From: Opitutales bacterium
GTDB lineage: Bacteria; Verrucomicrobiota; Verrucomicrobiia; Opitutales; JABSRG01
Length of the DNA: 64,000 nt
Assembly: GCA_049599475.1 (NCBI GenBank)
Contig: JBMYOQ010000001.1
Span: forward strand, 64,001-128,000
Direction of reading: 5' to 3'
Position numbers and translations under genes: made by a program. Positions 30,635 through 40,950 of the stretch are shown here, piece by piece. The notes beneath the pieces are model-generated. The model worked only from the letters and a program-made list of their open reading frames with translations. It did no database searches and had not been told where the DNA came from. Each line of letters begins with the position of its first letter. Position 1 is the stretch's first letter.

Positions 30635-31864
30635 TTAGCTGTCGCTTTCCTCCTCTCCATCTGCGTTTTCGGAATCCTCTGCGGGGCTCAGTGCTGCGAC
30701 CTCAGGGAGTTGTCCGATTCTGATGATGATATCGAAGAGCACGCGGCCACTTCGGGAAGATGTGATCTTGTGCTCTAAGGATTCGAACGCAGGGTTTCCC
30801 TGGTAGCTCGCAATGTAGTTGTTTACCTCGCTCACTGAGTTTCCTTGTGCCTGCACTTCGTATTCTGCCGCGTTGATGGCTTCGGCTCTCAGAAAATGTA
30901 TTTTGTCCGGACGGTTTTCGTTCAGGATCGCGAGCACCGCAAAGGGGCGCATTTGCGATTGTTCGATGTCAGACATCTTATGGAGGAAGGTTGTCTGTTG
31001 TTCTAAGCGATCGACCATTGGGCCCTGTTGCGTGATCGTAATCTCCTGGAAGTCGAGATAACCGCGCGCGCTCCATTGAACGACCTCAAGGCAGAGCATC
31101 ACGACTGCTATAATAGCGAGAATCGTCAGTGCTTTCCAAATGCGCTGGGATTGCTTGAGCTCTAGTTGACGTTGTAATTTGAAATCGCGATCGCGGAGAT
31201 CGACATACCACGCTGCGCCGCTGTCTAGCTCGGTCGTGTGTGAAGGCTCTGCATCTTCGGCGGGCTCTGCGGTGTCGAACTTCGGCCAGTTTAGGCCAAT
31301 GTCGTCATCGCGCTGCGGTTCTCCGAGATAAATGTGTTCCCAGCGCGAAGAGGAAGTGCCCGAAAACAGGCTTTGGGCGTGTTCGCGGTAATCGTCCTTG
31401 CTCGCGTTATCTTCGAGTGCGAATGCCTCTACCTCCGTAGGTGTTCCATTTGCATCGTAGATGATCGCAATCGCGTCGTTGTTGGGTCCGTAGTAGAGGA
31501 CTTGCGCCGCCCGTTCACGGTCCAGATCGCATGCTGCAAAGGGTGCCAGGATGGGGAGATGGGCGGCTTCGAAATCGGTAACGCCACAGGCCTTAGCTTT
31601 CTCAAGAGTGGTGGCGAAGGTAAGGATAGTTTTTCCCTCGTTGAGTTGGATCCAGCCCCAGGTGAGCTGCTCAATCGGGAAGGGAGAACTTTGCTCAATC
31701 TCTAGCTCTACGAGTGCATCGATCTCTTCACCCTCGAGTTTTTCGGGGGCTTCTAGCAGGTCCGTAAAAAAGATCGGCGCAGGCAGTATGTGAGCTGCGG
31801 GAGTCGGTGCTGTAGCCGGCGGGTCCACGTCGCTTGGGGCAGTTATTTGAGAAGGTTCCGACAT
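30635..31864 (-). CDS. GspL/PilN-like protein
   Basis: Cytoplasmic domain with SPFPIEQL, one TM helix, periplasmic domain; lies between K and M. Confidence 0.6.
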   Translation of the reverse strand: MSEPSQITAPSDVDPPATAPTPAAHILPAPIFFTDLLEAPEKLEGEEIDALVELEIEQSSPFPIEQLTWGWIQLNEGKTILTFATTLEKAKACGVTDFEAAHLPILAPFAACDLDRERAAQVLYYGPNNDAIAIIYDANGTPTEVEAFALEDNASKDDYREHAQSLFSGTSSSRWEHIYLGEPQRDDDIGLNWPKFDTAEPAEDAEPSHTTELDSGAAWYVDLRDRDFKLQRQLELKQSQRIWKALTILAIIAVVMLCLEVVQWSARGYLDFQEITITQQGPMVDRLEQQTTFLHKMSDIEQSQMRPFAVLAILNENRPDKIHFLRAEAINAAEYEVQAQGNSVSEVNNYIASYQGNPAFESLEHKITSSRSGRVLFDIIIRIGQLPEVAALSPAEDSENADGEEESDS

Positions 31865-31908
31865 TCGAATAAAGGTCTACTACAGGGAAAGTTGAAAGGG
31901 CGTGTCCA

Positions 31909-32922
31909 TTAAAAACGCTGATTTTCGCGAATACTTAAAACTTTGAATGGCAATGGGATCTTGGTGCCCTCGATCCCTGGAAGCGAATCTGTCTCGGATA
32001 AGTCGAGTAGAGCCACGAGGGATGAACGGACATCACCTCGGCCGACTGAGACCTGCATTTGCACGACGGTGGCGACATCGGTAGTCATAGCTCGAAAGCT
32101 TTCTGATTCCGGGAGCGGGTTGAGACTGGCATCAGCGATCGGTGTCTCATCACCTGTGTTTGCCTCGCCGTCGGGGCCCAGAAGATAATCGAGCAGCGAA
32201 TCAATTGGGGTGCCATCCTGATAGGCCAGAGCTTCTAGGAGAAATTGCGGAGCGGTATGCACATTCACTTTTCCTTGATTATACAGGGAGACGCAGCGGC
32301 TAAACTCTTGGAAAATGGCGTTGGATTGCCCTTCTTCGTCGAAAAACGCTTCGTCCCAGTGCTCTATCAAGCGCAGGTCATCGAGCGTGGCCAAGGGTGC
32401 ATTGGCGGGACGGTATACAGGGTCTTTGCGCTCATAGGTTTCGTCCTCGGCGCCGTTTGCGCGGATTTGATCGTCGGCATCGATCCAGTCGAAAAGCGTG
32501 TCGAGCATGAGATCGATATCGAATTCCGAAATTTCCAGAGCAATTAGCAGCGCGCGTAAGCCCTCTGCATTGGCTTCATTGAGCGGAAGTTTCCCTGATT
32601 CGTCTTCGATATTAATATTTACCTCATACCCATTAGAAGGCGTGTAATCCGCCTGACTCATTGCAGCGGACCATCCTTGTTGTGGACCATAGAGCTTGCC
32701 GTCGAAGAGTTTGATCTCTGCCAGAGCTGCCATGCCGGCCATCATCGCGGAATAGGCCTCGCGCTGAAGGTCGGGACGATTGTCGTGTAGGCCGCGATAA
32801 GAGATATCGCGGATCGCGCGTTCGATGATCAAGGTGATCATTAGGGAGGCGATGAATATCATCCCAAGCACCGCGACTAAGACACTGCCGCGGCGAAAAG
32901 ACTGAGCTTTGCTGGCGGACAT
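31909..32922 (-). CDS. gspK: Minor pseudopilin K
   Basis: RG|SVLVAVL, IEDESGKLPLN, DWIDAD, GAE..Y..NAPL. Confidence 0.88.
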   Translation of the reverse strand: MSASKAQSFRRGSVLVAVLGMIFIASLMITLIIERAIRDISYRGLHDNRPDLQREAYSAMMAGMAALAEIKLFDGKLYGPQQGWSAAMSQADYTPSNGYEVNINIEDESGKLPLNEANAEGLRALLIALEISEFDIDLMLDTLFDWIDADDQIRANGAEDETYERKDPVYRPANAPLATLDDLRLIEHWDEAFFDEEGQSNAIFQEFSRCVSLYNQGKVNVHTAPQFLLEALAYQDGTPIDSLLDYLLGPDGEANTGDETPIADASLNPLPESESFRAMTTDVATVVQMQVSVGRGDVRSSLVALLDLSETDSLPGIEGTKIPLPFKVLSIRENQRF

Positions 32923-32924
32923 TA

Positions 32925-33590
32925 TTAGAGAATAAGCGGGTGGCTATCAGGGTCGGGCAGGGAAATCCGGATTTTCTTCCCGGGAGAATCATCCGAATGC
33001 TTAAAGGTGAGTTCGAGGTATTCAGGCATCTCGAGTTGGCCGTCATCGCCCTCTATTGGGTCGTCTTCCTCTTCCCAGCGCTCGTCTTCTTCATCGAAAT
33101 AGAAATATGCAATTTCGCTCAGCTGGTTGGTGATTTCTATTTTAAAGAGGGCGGGCTCGTTCTCGTTTTCAATAGGCATCATGCTTGGGCGCCATAGGAG
33201 AATGAAGTCCTCGGGATCCGTGACCTTGAGATAACACTGAATCGTCGATGGCGTAATATCGCCGTAAGTGAAGAGCGGGTTGGGCTGAGAGAGTTGAAAT
33301 TTGAAAAACTCCGGCTCGCGATTCTCATCGCCGGGCAGTGATGACCAGTTGAGCTTATCTTCGGCTGCTTGGCTCTCGAGCATCATTTGCCTCAGGAAGC
33401 TGGATACGCCCTGGATGTGCTCGTCGCGGGCGTTGAGAAAGGTCTCCCGAGAATAAGCCTGGGCCGTTGAATACAGGAAACTCGCCATCGCCGCCATCAC
33501 CATTCCGGAGATCGCTACGGCGAGGATCACTTCAATGAGTGTGAAGCCGCGGCTTCTCGAAGTGACTGAAACTGTGGAGTTTACTGCCAT
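32925..33590 (-). CDS. Minor pseudopilin (GspJ-like)
   Basis: Prepilin motif RG|FTLIE and gene order. Confidence 0.75.
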   Translation of the reverse strand: MAVNSTVSVTSRSRGFTLIEVILAVAISGMVMAAMASFLYSTAQAYSRETFLNARDEHIQGVSSFLRQMMLESQAAEDKLNWSSLPGDENREPEFFKFQLSQPNPLFTYGDITPSTIQCYLKVTDPEDFILLWRPSMMPIENENEPALFKIEITNQLSEIAYFYFDEEDERWEEEDDPIEGDDGQLEMPEYLELTFKHSDDSPGKKIRISLPDPDSHPLIL

Positions 33591-34039
33591 TGTTTCCTAA
33601 AACGCTCCGCCTCGCGGTTTTCCTTCTTTTCATTGAGAAGACTTTCTCGATCGATGGGGTCCATCCAGCCTTCGCGATATAGATAAACGGTAAATGTGTC
33701 CGAGTATTCGGGGTAGGTATCGCTCTCGGGGAGTTCGATACTGAATTTTACTTTGAGCAGATCCAGGGTTTCAGTCTCCTCGACTTCGGCCTCCCAGGTG
33801 GCTGTGTTGTTGTTGGGCAGGGGTACATCGCCGCCATCCTCGAAGGTTTCGCGGTCGTGATTCATCATCGCTTGGCGGGCTACGAATTCGACATCGTAGT
33901 ACAGGCTATCGTAGGCCTCGAGCGAACCGACGGCGGTGATAGCGTTTACGAGGGCCTGTGCGAGGATCCCGACACTTACGCCGAGTATCGCGATCGCTAA
34001 GAGCACTTCGACTAGGCTGAAGCCAAGGGCGCGTTTCAT
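33581..34039 (-). CDS. Minor pseudopilin (GspI-like)
   Basis: Prepilin motif LG|FSLVE and gene order. Confidence 0.75.
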   Translation of the reverse strand: MKRALGFSLVEVLLAIAILGVSVGILAQALVNAITAVGSLEAYDSLYYDVEFVARQAMMNHDRETFEDGGDVPLPNNNTATWEAEVEETETLDLLKVKFSIELPESDTYPEYSDTFTVYLYREGWMDPIDRESLLNEKKENREAERFRKQWQ

Positions 34040-34566
34040 AGATCCTCCTCCGGGGCAATAGGAAGGGAAGAAAAGGGATCGATTGTTCGAGTGAATTCTA
34101 TCGAGCCATCCTTGATATTTAAGATGAAAGGCGTGCTTACGCGTTGAGGAGAGAAAGCGACGCGTTTCAGTTCGTTTTCTCCGCGCTGACGAAAGTCGAA
34201 GGGCGTGCGTTCGTGGAATTCGCTTGGCACGCTTTGAAACATCACCTCGAGTTCGTCTTGATCCACCGGGATGTTGCGCTCGAGGACAATTTTCTCAATG
34301 ACTCCGCCGTTCAGCGTCGAAATTTCAAAGGCGCGGTTCTCCGCATTCCAGCTGAGGTAGGTCCACTCCTGTTCCGAAATTGCAGCAATACGCGCGGTGC
34401 GGATTGCTTGGAGTGCTACATTCTCCGGAGGCTCTGACTGGCCGCTGTCTCCGAGCATATCGAAGCTGACGACTGTCATTGCCGTGGCCACCGAGATCAG
34501 TGCGAAGACCAGGACGATCTCGATTAAGGAGAACCCGCGAACTCTCTGACGACTAAAGCGCGGCAT
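34036..34566 (-). CDS. Minor pseudopilin (GspH-like)
   Basis: Prepilin motif RG|FSLIE and gene order. Confidence 0.75.
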   Translation of the reverse strand: MPRFSRQRVRGFSLIEIVLVFALISVATAMTVVSFDMLGDSGQSEPPENVALQAIRTARIAAISEQEWTYLSWNAENRAFEISTLNGGVIEKIVLERNIPVDQDELEVMFQSVPSEFHERTPFDFRQRGENELKRVAFSPQRVSTPFILNIKDGSIEFTRTIDPFSSLPIAPEEDL

Positions 34567-34604
34567 TCTTAGGAACCTTGAAATGTGTCGAGGTGTGGGA
34601 CCCC

Positions 34605-35060
34605 TTACTGCGTGCCGCCTGTTTGCCAGTTACCAATGTCGTCGGCTGTGCCTGATTGCAGGTCGGGTCCTGAGGACCATACGTCGTAGCCGCGCGGGTT
34701 GTTTGTGCCCGGAGATTTGTAATTGTAAGGCGTGTTCCAAGGGTCGTTGGGAAGTGTCTCCATGTAGGGGCCGCGCCAGCGTCCTGCTTTGCCGGCCGGA
34801 GCGGTTACCAATGCGCGGAGGCCTTCTTCGCTCGTAGGGTAGGTGCCAATGTCCTTTTTATACATGGTCAATGGGACCTTCACGGTCGCGGTGACCCACA
34901 TGTTTGCGCCGTCCTCTTGGCCAGCGCCGAAAATATTGTCTACGTTTTGCACGAGTACCACGGCCAGTATGCCAATGAGGGCAAATACGAGAACGATTTC
35001 AATGAGAGAGAAGCCGGCGGTGCGCTTGCGGCGAATGTCAGAAGGGGTCTTGAGTTTCAT
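34605..35060 (-). CDS. gspG: Major pseudopilin
   Basis: AG|FSLIE, YPTSEEGLRALV, WRGPY, DPWNTPY, SSGPD..TADDIGNW. Confidence 0.93.
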   Translation of the reverse strand: MKLKTPSDIRRKRTAGFSLIEIVLVFALIGILAVVLVQNVDNIFGAGQEDGANMWVTATVKVPLTMYKKDIGTYPTSEEGLRALVTAPAGKAGRWRGPYMETLPNDPWNTPYNYKSPGTNNPRGYDVWSSGPDLQSGTADDIGNWQTGGTQ

Positions 35061-35082
35061 GACGAAAATGAATTGTGGCTGA

Positions 35083-36012
35083 TTAACCCACCCAGAGGCG
35101 GAGTGATTGCAAGAGAAAGGTTTCTAGTGCAGCGGTTTCCTTGAGGTTTACCTCAAGCAGTCGCGTTTGATGTTCCAGAGATTCAATACTCTTTTTCATC
35201 GCACGGACTTTTTGAGGGGCAGCCTCAAGCAAGCTACATCCGATAGAACGCGTGGATTGCTCGATTTCCTTCAAAAGTTTGTGGCGTGTGCTCTTCATGG
35301 TGCCCGCTTCGAGTGCAGTCAGTTGCTCGTCGGACAGGGTGTCGATGGGCAAATCAGCCTTTCGCGCCTGCCATGCGGCTTCGCTGAGATGCTTGAGGAT
35401 CGATTCGAAGCGGAAAACGAGACCGTATACGGTGAGCGTCAATTCGGTAACTTTCGAGCGTTCACTCGGATTTAAGGAAACGAGCCCGAGGATCCACCCT
35501 TCGTAGTCTTTGAGCCATTCGGCCCAGGACGCGTCATCAATAGCGGGTTCGATGGCCGGGACGTGGAAAAATTGGCAACGGCTCCGGATGGTATCCAGCA
35601 GCTCGTAGGGCCGGGTGCTCAGAAGAAAGAGGTTGGTATCTACCGGAGGCTCCTCGAGTGTCTTCAGGAACGCGTTGGCGCTTGTGGCGTGCATGCGCTC
35701 GGCCTCGTAGACAATGCCCACCTTGCGCTCGCCTTGGCTGGCGGAGTGCTGAATTTTTCGAGTCAGCTCGCGGGTGTTCTCGGCATTAATCTGCCGCATT
35801 TTGTTGGCCGCGCGCAGGGTAAAGCAATCCGGGTGCTCAAGCGGGTTTTGAGGCTCTGCTACCGTGAGCAAGTCTCGTGTCACCTCCAGTGCGGTCTCCT
35901 CGAGAGTATCCAAACTCTCGCCATAGAGTAAGATGGCTTGGGCGAGGCGGTTGTTCGAGAGAGCGCGATCCAGGACCTGAAAGGCGCGAGTATCTCTAAT
36001 CTGCGTAGGCAA
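35083..36012 (-). CDS. holB: DNA polymerase III subunit delta'
   Basis: HPD, ANAFLKTLEEPP, TIRSRC; directly downstream of tmk. Confidence 0.88.
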   Translation of the reverse strand: MPTQIRDTRAFQVLDRALSNNRLAQAILLYGESLDTLEETALEVTRDLLTVAEPQNPLEHPDCFTLRAANKMRQINAENTRELTRKIQHSASQGERKVGIVYEAERMHATSANAFLKTLEEPPVDTNLFLLSTRPYELLDTIRSRCQFFHVPAIEPAIDDASWAEWLKDYEGWILGLVSLNPSERSKVTELTLTVYGLVFRFESILKHLSEAAWQARKADLPIDTLSDEQLTALEAGTMKSTRHKLLKEIEQSTRSIGCSLLEAAPQKVRAMKKSIESLEHQTRLLEVNLKETAALETFLLQSLRLWVG

Positions 36013-36664
36013 AGCGTTTACAGATTTCTTCCCAGATCTGGGATTCGATCACCTCTTCGGGCTGAGTGCCGTCGAATACGACGAAACGGTCGGGCATTTC
36101 CTTCGCGAGTACGAGATAGCCTTCGCGAACAGATTTGTAGAACTCGATGCTCTCTTCTTCCATGCGGTCAGGGACATCGGAGCTGCGCATGCGGACTCGC
36201 TTGTGGCTGACTTCGTGTGGGACGTCGAGAACGATGGTGAGGTCAGGAACGAGGCTGCCAGCAGCGAAATCGTTGATCATTCGCACGGGATCCTCAGATA
36301 GCTGGCGGGCCGCACCTTGGTAGACTGTAGTCGAATCCAAAAAGCGGTCGCTCAAAATAGTTTTACCCGATTCAAGGGCTGGCAAAATGACTTCTCTTAC
36401 GAGCTGGGCTCTTGCTGCTGCGAACAGGAGGAGCTCGGACTCAGAAAAAAGTGAACGTCCCAATTCTGAGTGCTTCAGGAGGTGACGGATTTCCTCTCCG
36501 ACGTCGGTGCCTCCGGGCTCGCGGGTGACTATGACATCCTCTTCGGATTGTTGGAATAGGCGTGCAATGCGACTGATTTGGGTGGATTTTCCACAGCCTT
36601 CAGCCCCTTCGAACGAAATCAAAATCCCGCGTGAAGCTGTGGGATCAAATACTTCTTCTGACAT
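35996..36664 (-). CDS. tmk: Thymidylate kinase
   Basis: FEGAEGCGKST, TREPGG, DRFLDSTTVYQG. Confidence 0.95.
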   Translation of the reverse strand: MSEEVFDPTASRGILISFEGAEGCGKSTQISRIARLFQQSEEDVIVTREPGGTDVGEEIRHLLKHSELGRSLFSESELLLFAAARAQLVREVILPALESGKTILSDRFLDSTTVYQGAARQLSEDPVRMINDFAAGSLVPDLTIVLDVPHEVSHKRVRMRSSDVPDRMEEESIEFYKSVREGYLVLAKEMPDRFVVFDGTQPEEVIESQIWEEICKRFAYAD

Positions 36665-36737
36665 AACCTTACTCTTACGGGTCCCTCTCGCTAAAGTAAA
36701 GGCCGAGCTTCAAATTTAACGATACTGTCTTATCAGC

Positions 36738-37079
36738 CTATTGCTTCTTTTGCAGATCTTCGGGATTGGTCTGGCTGAGTGCCCAAATCAGATACGGGGG
36801 AGCTACATCCTTTGCCCGGCAGGCAAGCCACTGAGGATTGTCATAGGGGTGGTGTTGCTGGATAAAAGCGGAAAGATTTGCCGCGTGAGATTTTGGAAAT
36901 TTAACCGTCAGCCGAAATTCCGTTTCCCGCGTCAGCTCCCCTTTCCAGCGATAAGTACTCTTGATCGGGCCATCGACTTGGGCACAAGCAGCCAAGCCCT
37001 CCATGACCAGGCGGTCACCGAGTTTTTGCGCGTCCTCTTCGCTGGCAAATGTGGACCAGCCAATCATCAGTTTCTTCAT
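36738..37079 (-). CDS. cutA: Divalent-cation tolerance protein CutA
   Basis: LAACAQ, STYRWKG, HPYDNP. Confidence 0.88.
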   Translation of the reverse strand: MKKLMIGWSTFASEEDAQKLGDRLVMEGLAACAQVDGPIKSTYRWKGELTRETEFRLTVKFPKSHAANLSAFIQQHHPYDNPQWLACRAKDVAPPYLIWALSQTNPEDLQKKQ

Positions 37080-37222
37080 ATCACGGGTCTAGTGACGGAT
37101 ACTGTTGATTGTCGACCCACAATCTGGCGAGTGAAAGGGAAGCGACTCTTTGTTACCTGATCGTAATAAACGAGCGTGTTCGTTTCTAGGGCTCTCGCTA
37201 CTCTGAACGGTGTGATCCGTAT

Positions 37223-37270
37223 AACCAGCAACCAACCCCCAAAAACTAACAACCAATAACCAACACCCCA
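37223..37270. repeat. Degenerate heptamer tandem repeat (AACCAAC-like)
   Basis: AACCAGC AACCAAC ... AACTAAC AACCAAT AACCAAC just downstream of the glutaredoxin stop. Confidence 0.6.
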
Positions 37271-37277
37271 AAACGAA

Positions 37278-37538
37278 CTACAGCCCCAGTGCTTTCTTGA
37301 TGTCTGGGCGTTTGTTGACCGCGTCCATGAATTCGTCCGTATCGAAGTCGGCTACCATGAAGTCACCGTATTCGAGAGTCGGCGTTTTGCTCTGCTTGCT
37401 AATTTGGAACATGCGGTCGCGCGCCTTCGAGTCGCGATGCACATCCTTAATTACGAGGTCTACATTCTTCGCTTTAAAGAATTTCTCTGCGGCGATGCAC
37501 CATGGGCAGCCGGATTTTACATACATGATGGGTTTCAT
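37278..37538 (-). CDS. Glutaredoxin/NrdH-like protein
   Basis: CPWC active site and cis-Pro motif KTP; ATG 37538. Confidence 0.85.
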   Translation of the reverse strand: MKPIMYVKSGCPWCIAAEKFFKAKNVDLVIKDVHRDSKARDRMFQISKQSKTPTLEYGDFMVADFDTDEFMDAVNKRPDIKKALGL

Positions 37539-37661
37539 AATTTTTAAATGATTGGGTTTACCTGTAGGAGCTGTGAGCCGTTGATTTCTTCCTAACTCTA
37601 AAACGCATTGGCTCCTGTCCTTGTCAAATCGCCAGGAGCGATCAATGTTTATTGTTTTGCC

Positions 37662-40511
37662 ATGCAGGGAACCATTCACATTAAAGGTGCACGTGAGCAC
37701 AATCTGAAGAATCTCGAGTTGGAGATTCCTCGGGAGAAGCTTGTCGTGATTACAGGAGTGAGTGGATCGGGGAAATCTTCATTGGCCTTCGATACGATTT
37801 ATGCCGAGGGTTACCGCAAATATATCGATAGTCTCTCGACTAAGGCGCGGCAGGTTTTAGAGCAAATCTCTCGGCCAGATGTGGATTACATTCAGGGGCT
37901 TTCTCCGGTGATCGCTATTGAGCAGCGGACCGCTGGAGGCTCGAATCCACGGAGCACCGTGGCGACTGTCACAGAGATTGCGGATTATGCGCGCCTATTG
38001 TGGTCGGTGAAAGGGGAGTCCTTCTGTCCTAAAGATGGTGGGCGCATTCTTCGGCGCAGCCTCGACGATTGTATCCATCGTATTTTCCAAGAACCCGAAG
38101 GTGCGCGTATGATGATCCTGGCTCCGGTGCTGGATGCGAAGCCCTCGCTTTTGCGGGAAGAGTTGCCGCGCCTCCGACAACGAGGGTTTTCGCGGATTCG
38201 CATTTACGACGAAATAAAAGAGCTTGAATACAATGACTTGGTGCGACCCGGCAAAGACCCAGTAAAGGTCGACTTGGTTGTGGACCGTGTAGTCCTGCGA
38301 CCAGATCAGCGGTCGCGCATCGCGGATTCTCTGGAATTGGCCTTTCGTGAAGGAGGTGATCGTGCGATTATTTTGTCTCAGGAAAACCGTGACGCAGAAT
38401 GGAAAGAGTTTTCGTTATCACAGCACCTTTCCTGTGAAATATGCGGGACCGTGTATCCTGCCCTGACGCCGAAGCATTTTTCATGGAATCATGTCGATGG
38501 CGCTTGCGAGACGTGCGGGGGCCTCGGGTCTGTGCGCGACTTTGTCGATGAACTCCTAGTCCCGGATACTAAGAAATCCGTAAAGAATGGTGCCATCAAG
38601 CCTTGGCGTCTCGGATCGAAGGCGATGATCATTAAGCGCAATGCGATCCTGAAACAGCTCGCTGAGCAGATGCCGTTTGATCCGAATGCTCCATGGGAGA
38701 CACTCGATCCTGACGTGCGGCGGAGCATTCTGCGAGGAACCGGCGACCGTTTATTCTCATTCAAGCTGAAACCAGGGAATACCAAGCCGGAGCTTTTACC
38801 GTTTGCCGGTGTGATCGCTGATCTCGAAGAATCTTTTCGGACTAGCTCGAGCGATGGCTTGCGTGCGAAACTCAGTTTGTACCAATCTTCCAAGACATGT
38901 CCTGACTGTAATGGGTCGCGCTTAAACAGGCAGGCTGTCTCTGTCCGACTTGAAGGGCAGACTTTTCCTGGATTTTTGGAATCAAGTATCGAGGAAGCAT
39001 CGGAATTTATAGATGCTAACGTGTTGGGGAAATCTGAATACAAGCCAGTGGCAGATGCTGTGTCAGGTTTGTCTCAACGGCTCCATTTTCTGCGCAAAGT
39101 GGGCCTGGGTTATCTAGGCTTGAGCCGATTATACAATACCTTGTCTGGAGGAGAGGCCCAGCGGGTGCGCTTGGCAACCCAGCTAGGTATGGGGCTTGTC
39201 GGTGTGGTGTATGTGCTGGATGAGCCGAGCATCGGATTGCATGCTGTCGATAATCAGCGGCTCATCAAAACGCTTTTGGAGCTGCGTGATCGTGGAAATA
39301 GCGTGATCGTGGTAGAGCATGATGAAGAGACGATGCTTGCTGCTGATCAGCTCATCGAGATTGGGCCGAGCGCTGGAAGTAGCGGAGGTGAGCTTATCTT
39401 CCAAGGGACTCCGCATGAGTGTATGAATACGCGCAGGAGCCGGACGGGACCCTTCCTCTCCGGTGTTGATCGAATTGCGCGTGAGGCTGCATTGCGTGGG
39501 GGCGGCGGTTCACAGATTTTGATCGAAGGAGCTGCAGAGCATAATTTGAAAGACGTCGATGTCGGGATACCGCTGGGGGCTTTGACGGTAGTCTGTGGTG
39601 TCTCGGGTTCCGGCAAGAGCACGCTTATCAACGATGTCCTTGGAAAGACTGCAGCCTTTAAGCTCAACGGAGCCCGAGACCTCCCTGGGAAAAATAAGGG
39701 TATCTTTGGTTTGGAGCAGTTGCTGTCGGTGATCCGGGTGGATCAATCTCCGATTGGACGCAGTCCGCGCTCGAACCCGGCGACGTTTACCAAGATATTC
39801 GATACCTTGCGGGATTTCTTCTCCAAGACCTCCTTGGCAAAAGTGCGGGGCTATACCGCGAGTCGTTTTAGTTTTAATATTCCGGGCGGTCGTTGTGAGC
39901 GCTGCAAGGGAGACGGAGCTATAAAGCTCGATATGCAGTTTTTGGCGGATGCCTATGTCGAATGTCCAAGCTGCAACGGTAAGCGGTACAACCGTGAGAC
40001 CTTGGAGGTGATGTTTAAAGGGTATTCCATTGCGGATGTCCTAGATATGACTGTATCCGATGCGTTGGTACTATTCGAAAAAGTACCGAAATTGCGTGAA
40101 CGTCTTGAGACGTTGGCAACGGTTGGCTTGGGCTATATCAAGCTAGGGCAACCAGCTCCTACACTCTCTGGAGGAGAGGCACAGCGGATAAAACTTTCAC
40201 TCGAGCTTAGCAAACGTAGCCAAGGCAAAACCCTTTACATCTTGGATGAACCTACTACCGGGTTACACGCCGCGGATATCCAAAGGCTCATGGACCTTCT
40301 GTTTCGTTTGCGAGATCAGGGGAATACTGTTGTCGTAATCGAACATAACTTAGATGTGATCAATCTGGCTGATTGGATTATCGAAATGGGCCCCACGGGT
40401 GGCAGTGGCGGCGGACACTTACTCTTCGCAGATGAGAGGAGCGCATTTAGCAAGGCCGATACGCCTACGGGTAGGAGTCTCAAGGAACACTTGGCTAAAT
40501 TCGCTAAATAG
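37662..40511 (+). CDS. uvrA: Excinuclease ABC subunit A
   Basis: GAREHNLKN, two GVSGSGKS motifs, two LSGGEAQR motifs, Zn fingers. Confidence 0.97.
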   Translation: MQGTIHIKGAREHNLKNLELEIPREKLVVITGVSGSGKSSLAFDTIYAEGYRKYIDSLSTKARQVLEQISRPDVDYIQGLSPVIAIEQRTAGGSNPRSTVATVTEIADYARLLWSVKGESFCPKDGGRILRRSLDDCIHRIFQEPEGARMMILAPVLDAKPSLLREELPRLRQRGFSRIRIYDEIKELEYNDLVRPGKDPVKVDLVVDRVVLRPDQRSRIADSLELAFREGGDRAIILSQENRDAEWKEFSLSQHLSCEICGTVYPALTPKHFSWNHVDGACETCGGLGSVRDFVDELLVPDTKKSVKNGAIKPWRLGSKAMIIKRNAILKQLAEQMPFDPNAPWETLDPDVRRSILRGTGDRLFSFKLKPGNTKPELLPFAGVIADLEESFRTSSSDGLRAKLSLYQSSKTCPDCNGSRLNRQAVSVRLEGQTFPGFLESSIEEASEFIDANVLGKSEYKPVADAVSGLSQRLHFLRKVGLGYLGLSRLYNTLSGGEAQRVRLATQLGMGLVGVVYVLDEPSIGLHAVDNQRLIKTLLELRDRGNSVIVVEHDEETMLAADQLIEIGPSAGSSGGELIFQGTPHECMNTRRSRTGPFLSGVDRIAREAALRGGGGSQILIEGAAEHNLKDVDVGIPLGALTVVCGVSGSGKSTLINDVLGKTAAFKLNGARDLPGKNKGIFGLEQLLSVIRVDQSPIGRSPRSNPATFTKIFDTLRDFFSKTSLAKVRGYTASRFSFNIPGGRCERCKGDGAIKLDMQFLADAYVECPSCNGKRYNRETLEVMFKGYSIADVLDMTVSDALVLFEKVPKLRERLETLATVGLGYIKLGQPAPTLSGGEAQRIKLSLELSKRSQGKTLYILDEPTTGLHAADIQRLMDLLFRLRDQGNTVVVIEHNLDVINLADWIIEMGPTGGSGGGHLLFADERSAFSKADTPTGRSLKEHLAKFAK

Positions 40512-40520
40512 GATTTGAAA

Positions 40521-40669
40521 AGTCTACGAAATACACAAAAAGCACGAAATTTCTTCGCTTACTGGAATGTCGAAAATTGCGGAATACAATTTCTCGTTAT
40601 CAGAAATTCGCCCTGATCAGTGCAATAAATGCACTTAGGTGTTTGTGCTTTTCGTGTATTTCGTGGACT
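40521..40669. repeat. 28-bp inverted repeat element
   Basis: AGTCTACGAAATACACAAAAAGCACGAA (40521-40548) matches the reverse complement of 40642-40669 at 25 of 28 positions. Confidence 0.8.
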
Positions 40670-40732
40670 CCCAATTCCCTTAAACCTGTTTTAAGCTTGT
40701 TCTGGCATGGCAAAAGCTGTTTACTGCATCCA

Positions 40733-40831
40733 ATGAATTCTAAAGCAATGCCAACTATGAAACCGATGACCGCGCACAAATGTGTGAACGGTGCGGTGTG
40801 GCATGCGTGGAACATGGCCTGGCGATGGTGA
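40733..40831 (+). CDS. Putative leader peptide MNSKAMPTMKPMTAHKCVNGAVWHAWNMAWRW
   Basis: 32 codons with 5 Met and 4 Trp, ending 40 nt before a terminator; actual start codon uncertain. Confidence 0.55.
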   Translation: MNSKAMPTMKPMTAHKCVNGAVWHAWNMAWRW

Positions 40832-40871
40832 GAGGAATAGAGACTAAAATCAATATCCAAACATCGAATCC

Positions 40872-40907
40872 AGGCCGCGAATTTACCAGAAAATCGCGGC
40901 CTTTTTT
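40872..40907 (+). terminator. Intrinsic terminator in the 5' leader of the methyltransferase (attenuator)
   Basis: Stem AGGCCGCGA/TCGCGGCCT followed by a T run, 43 nt upstream of ATG 40951. Confidence 0.8.
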
Positions 40908-40950
40908 GTGTCAAAAAAATCCCAGCAACCCTTTTTACAGAAATAGAGCC

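Noticed and set aside
24352..35060. Type IV pilus system
   Set aside because: GspG and GspK signatures are present and there is no PilT retraction ATPase, which favours T2SS.
40680..40950. SAM riboswitch or T-box in the methyltransferase leader
   Set aside because: No SAM-I core or T-box consensus recognised by eye; a leader peptide fits better. An Rfam scan would settle it.
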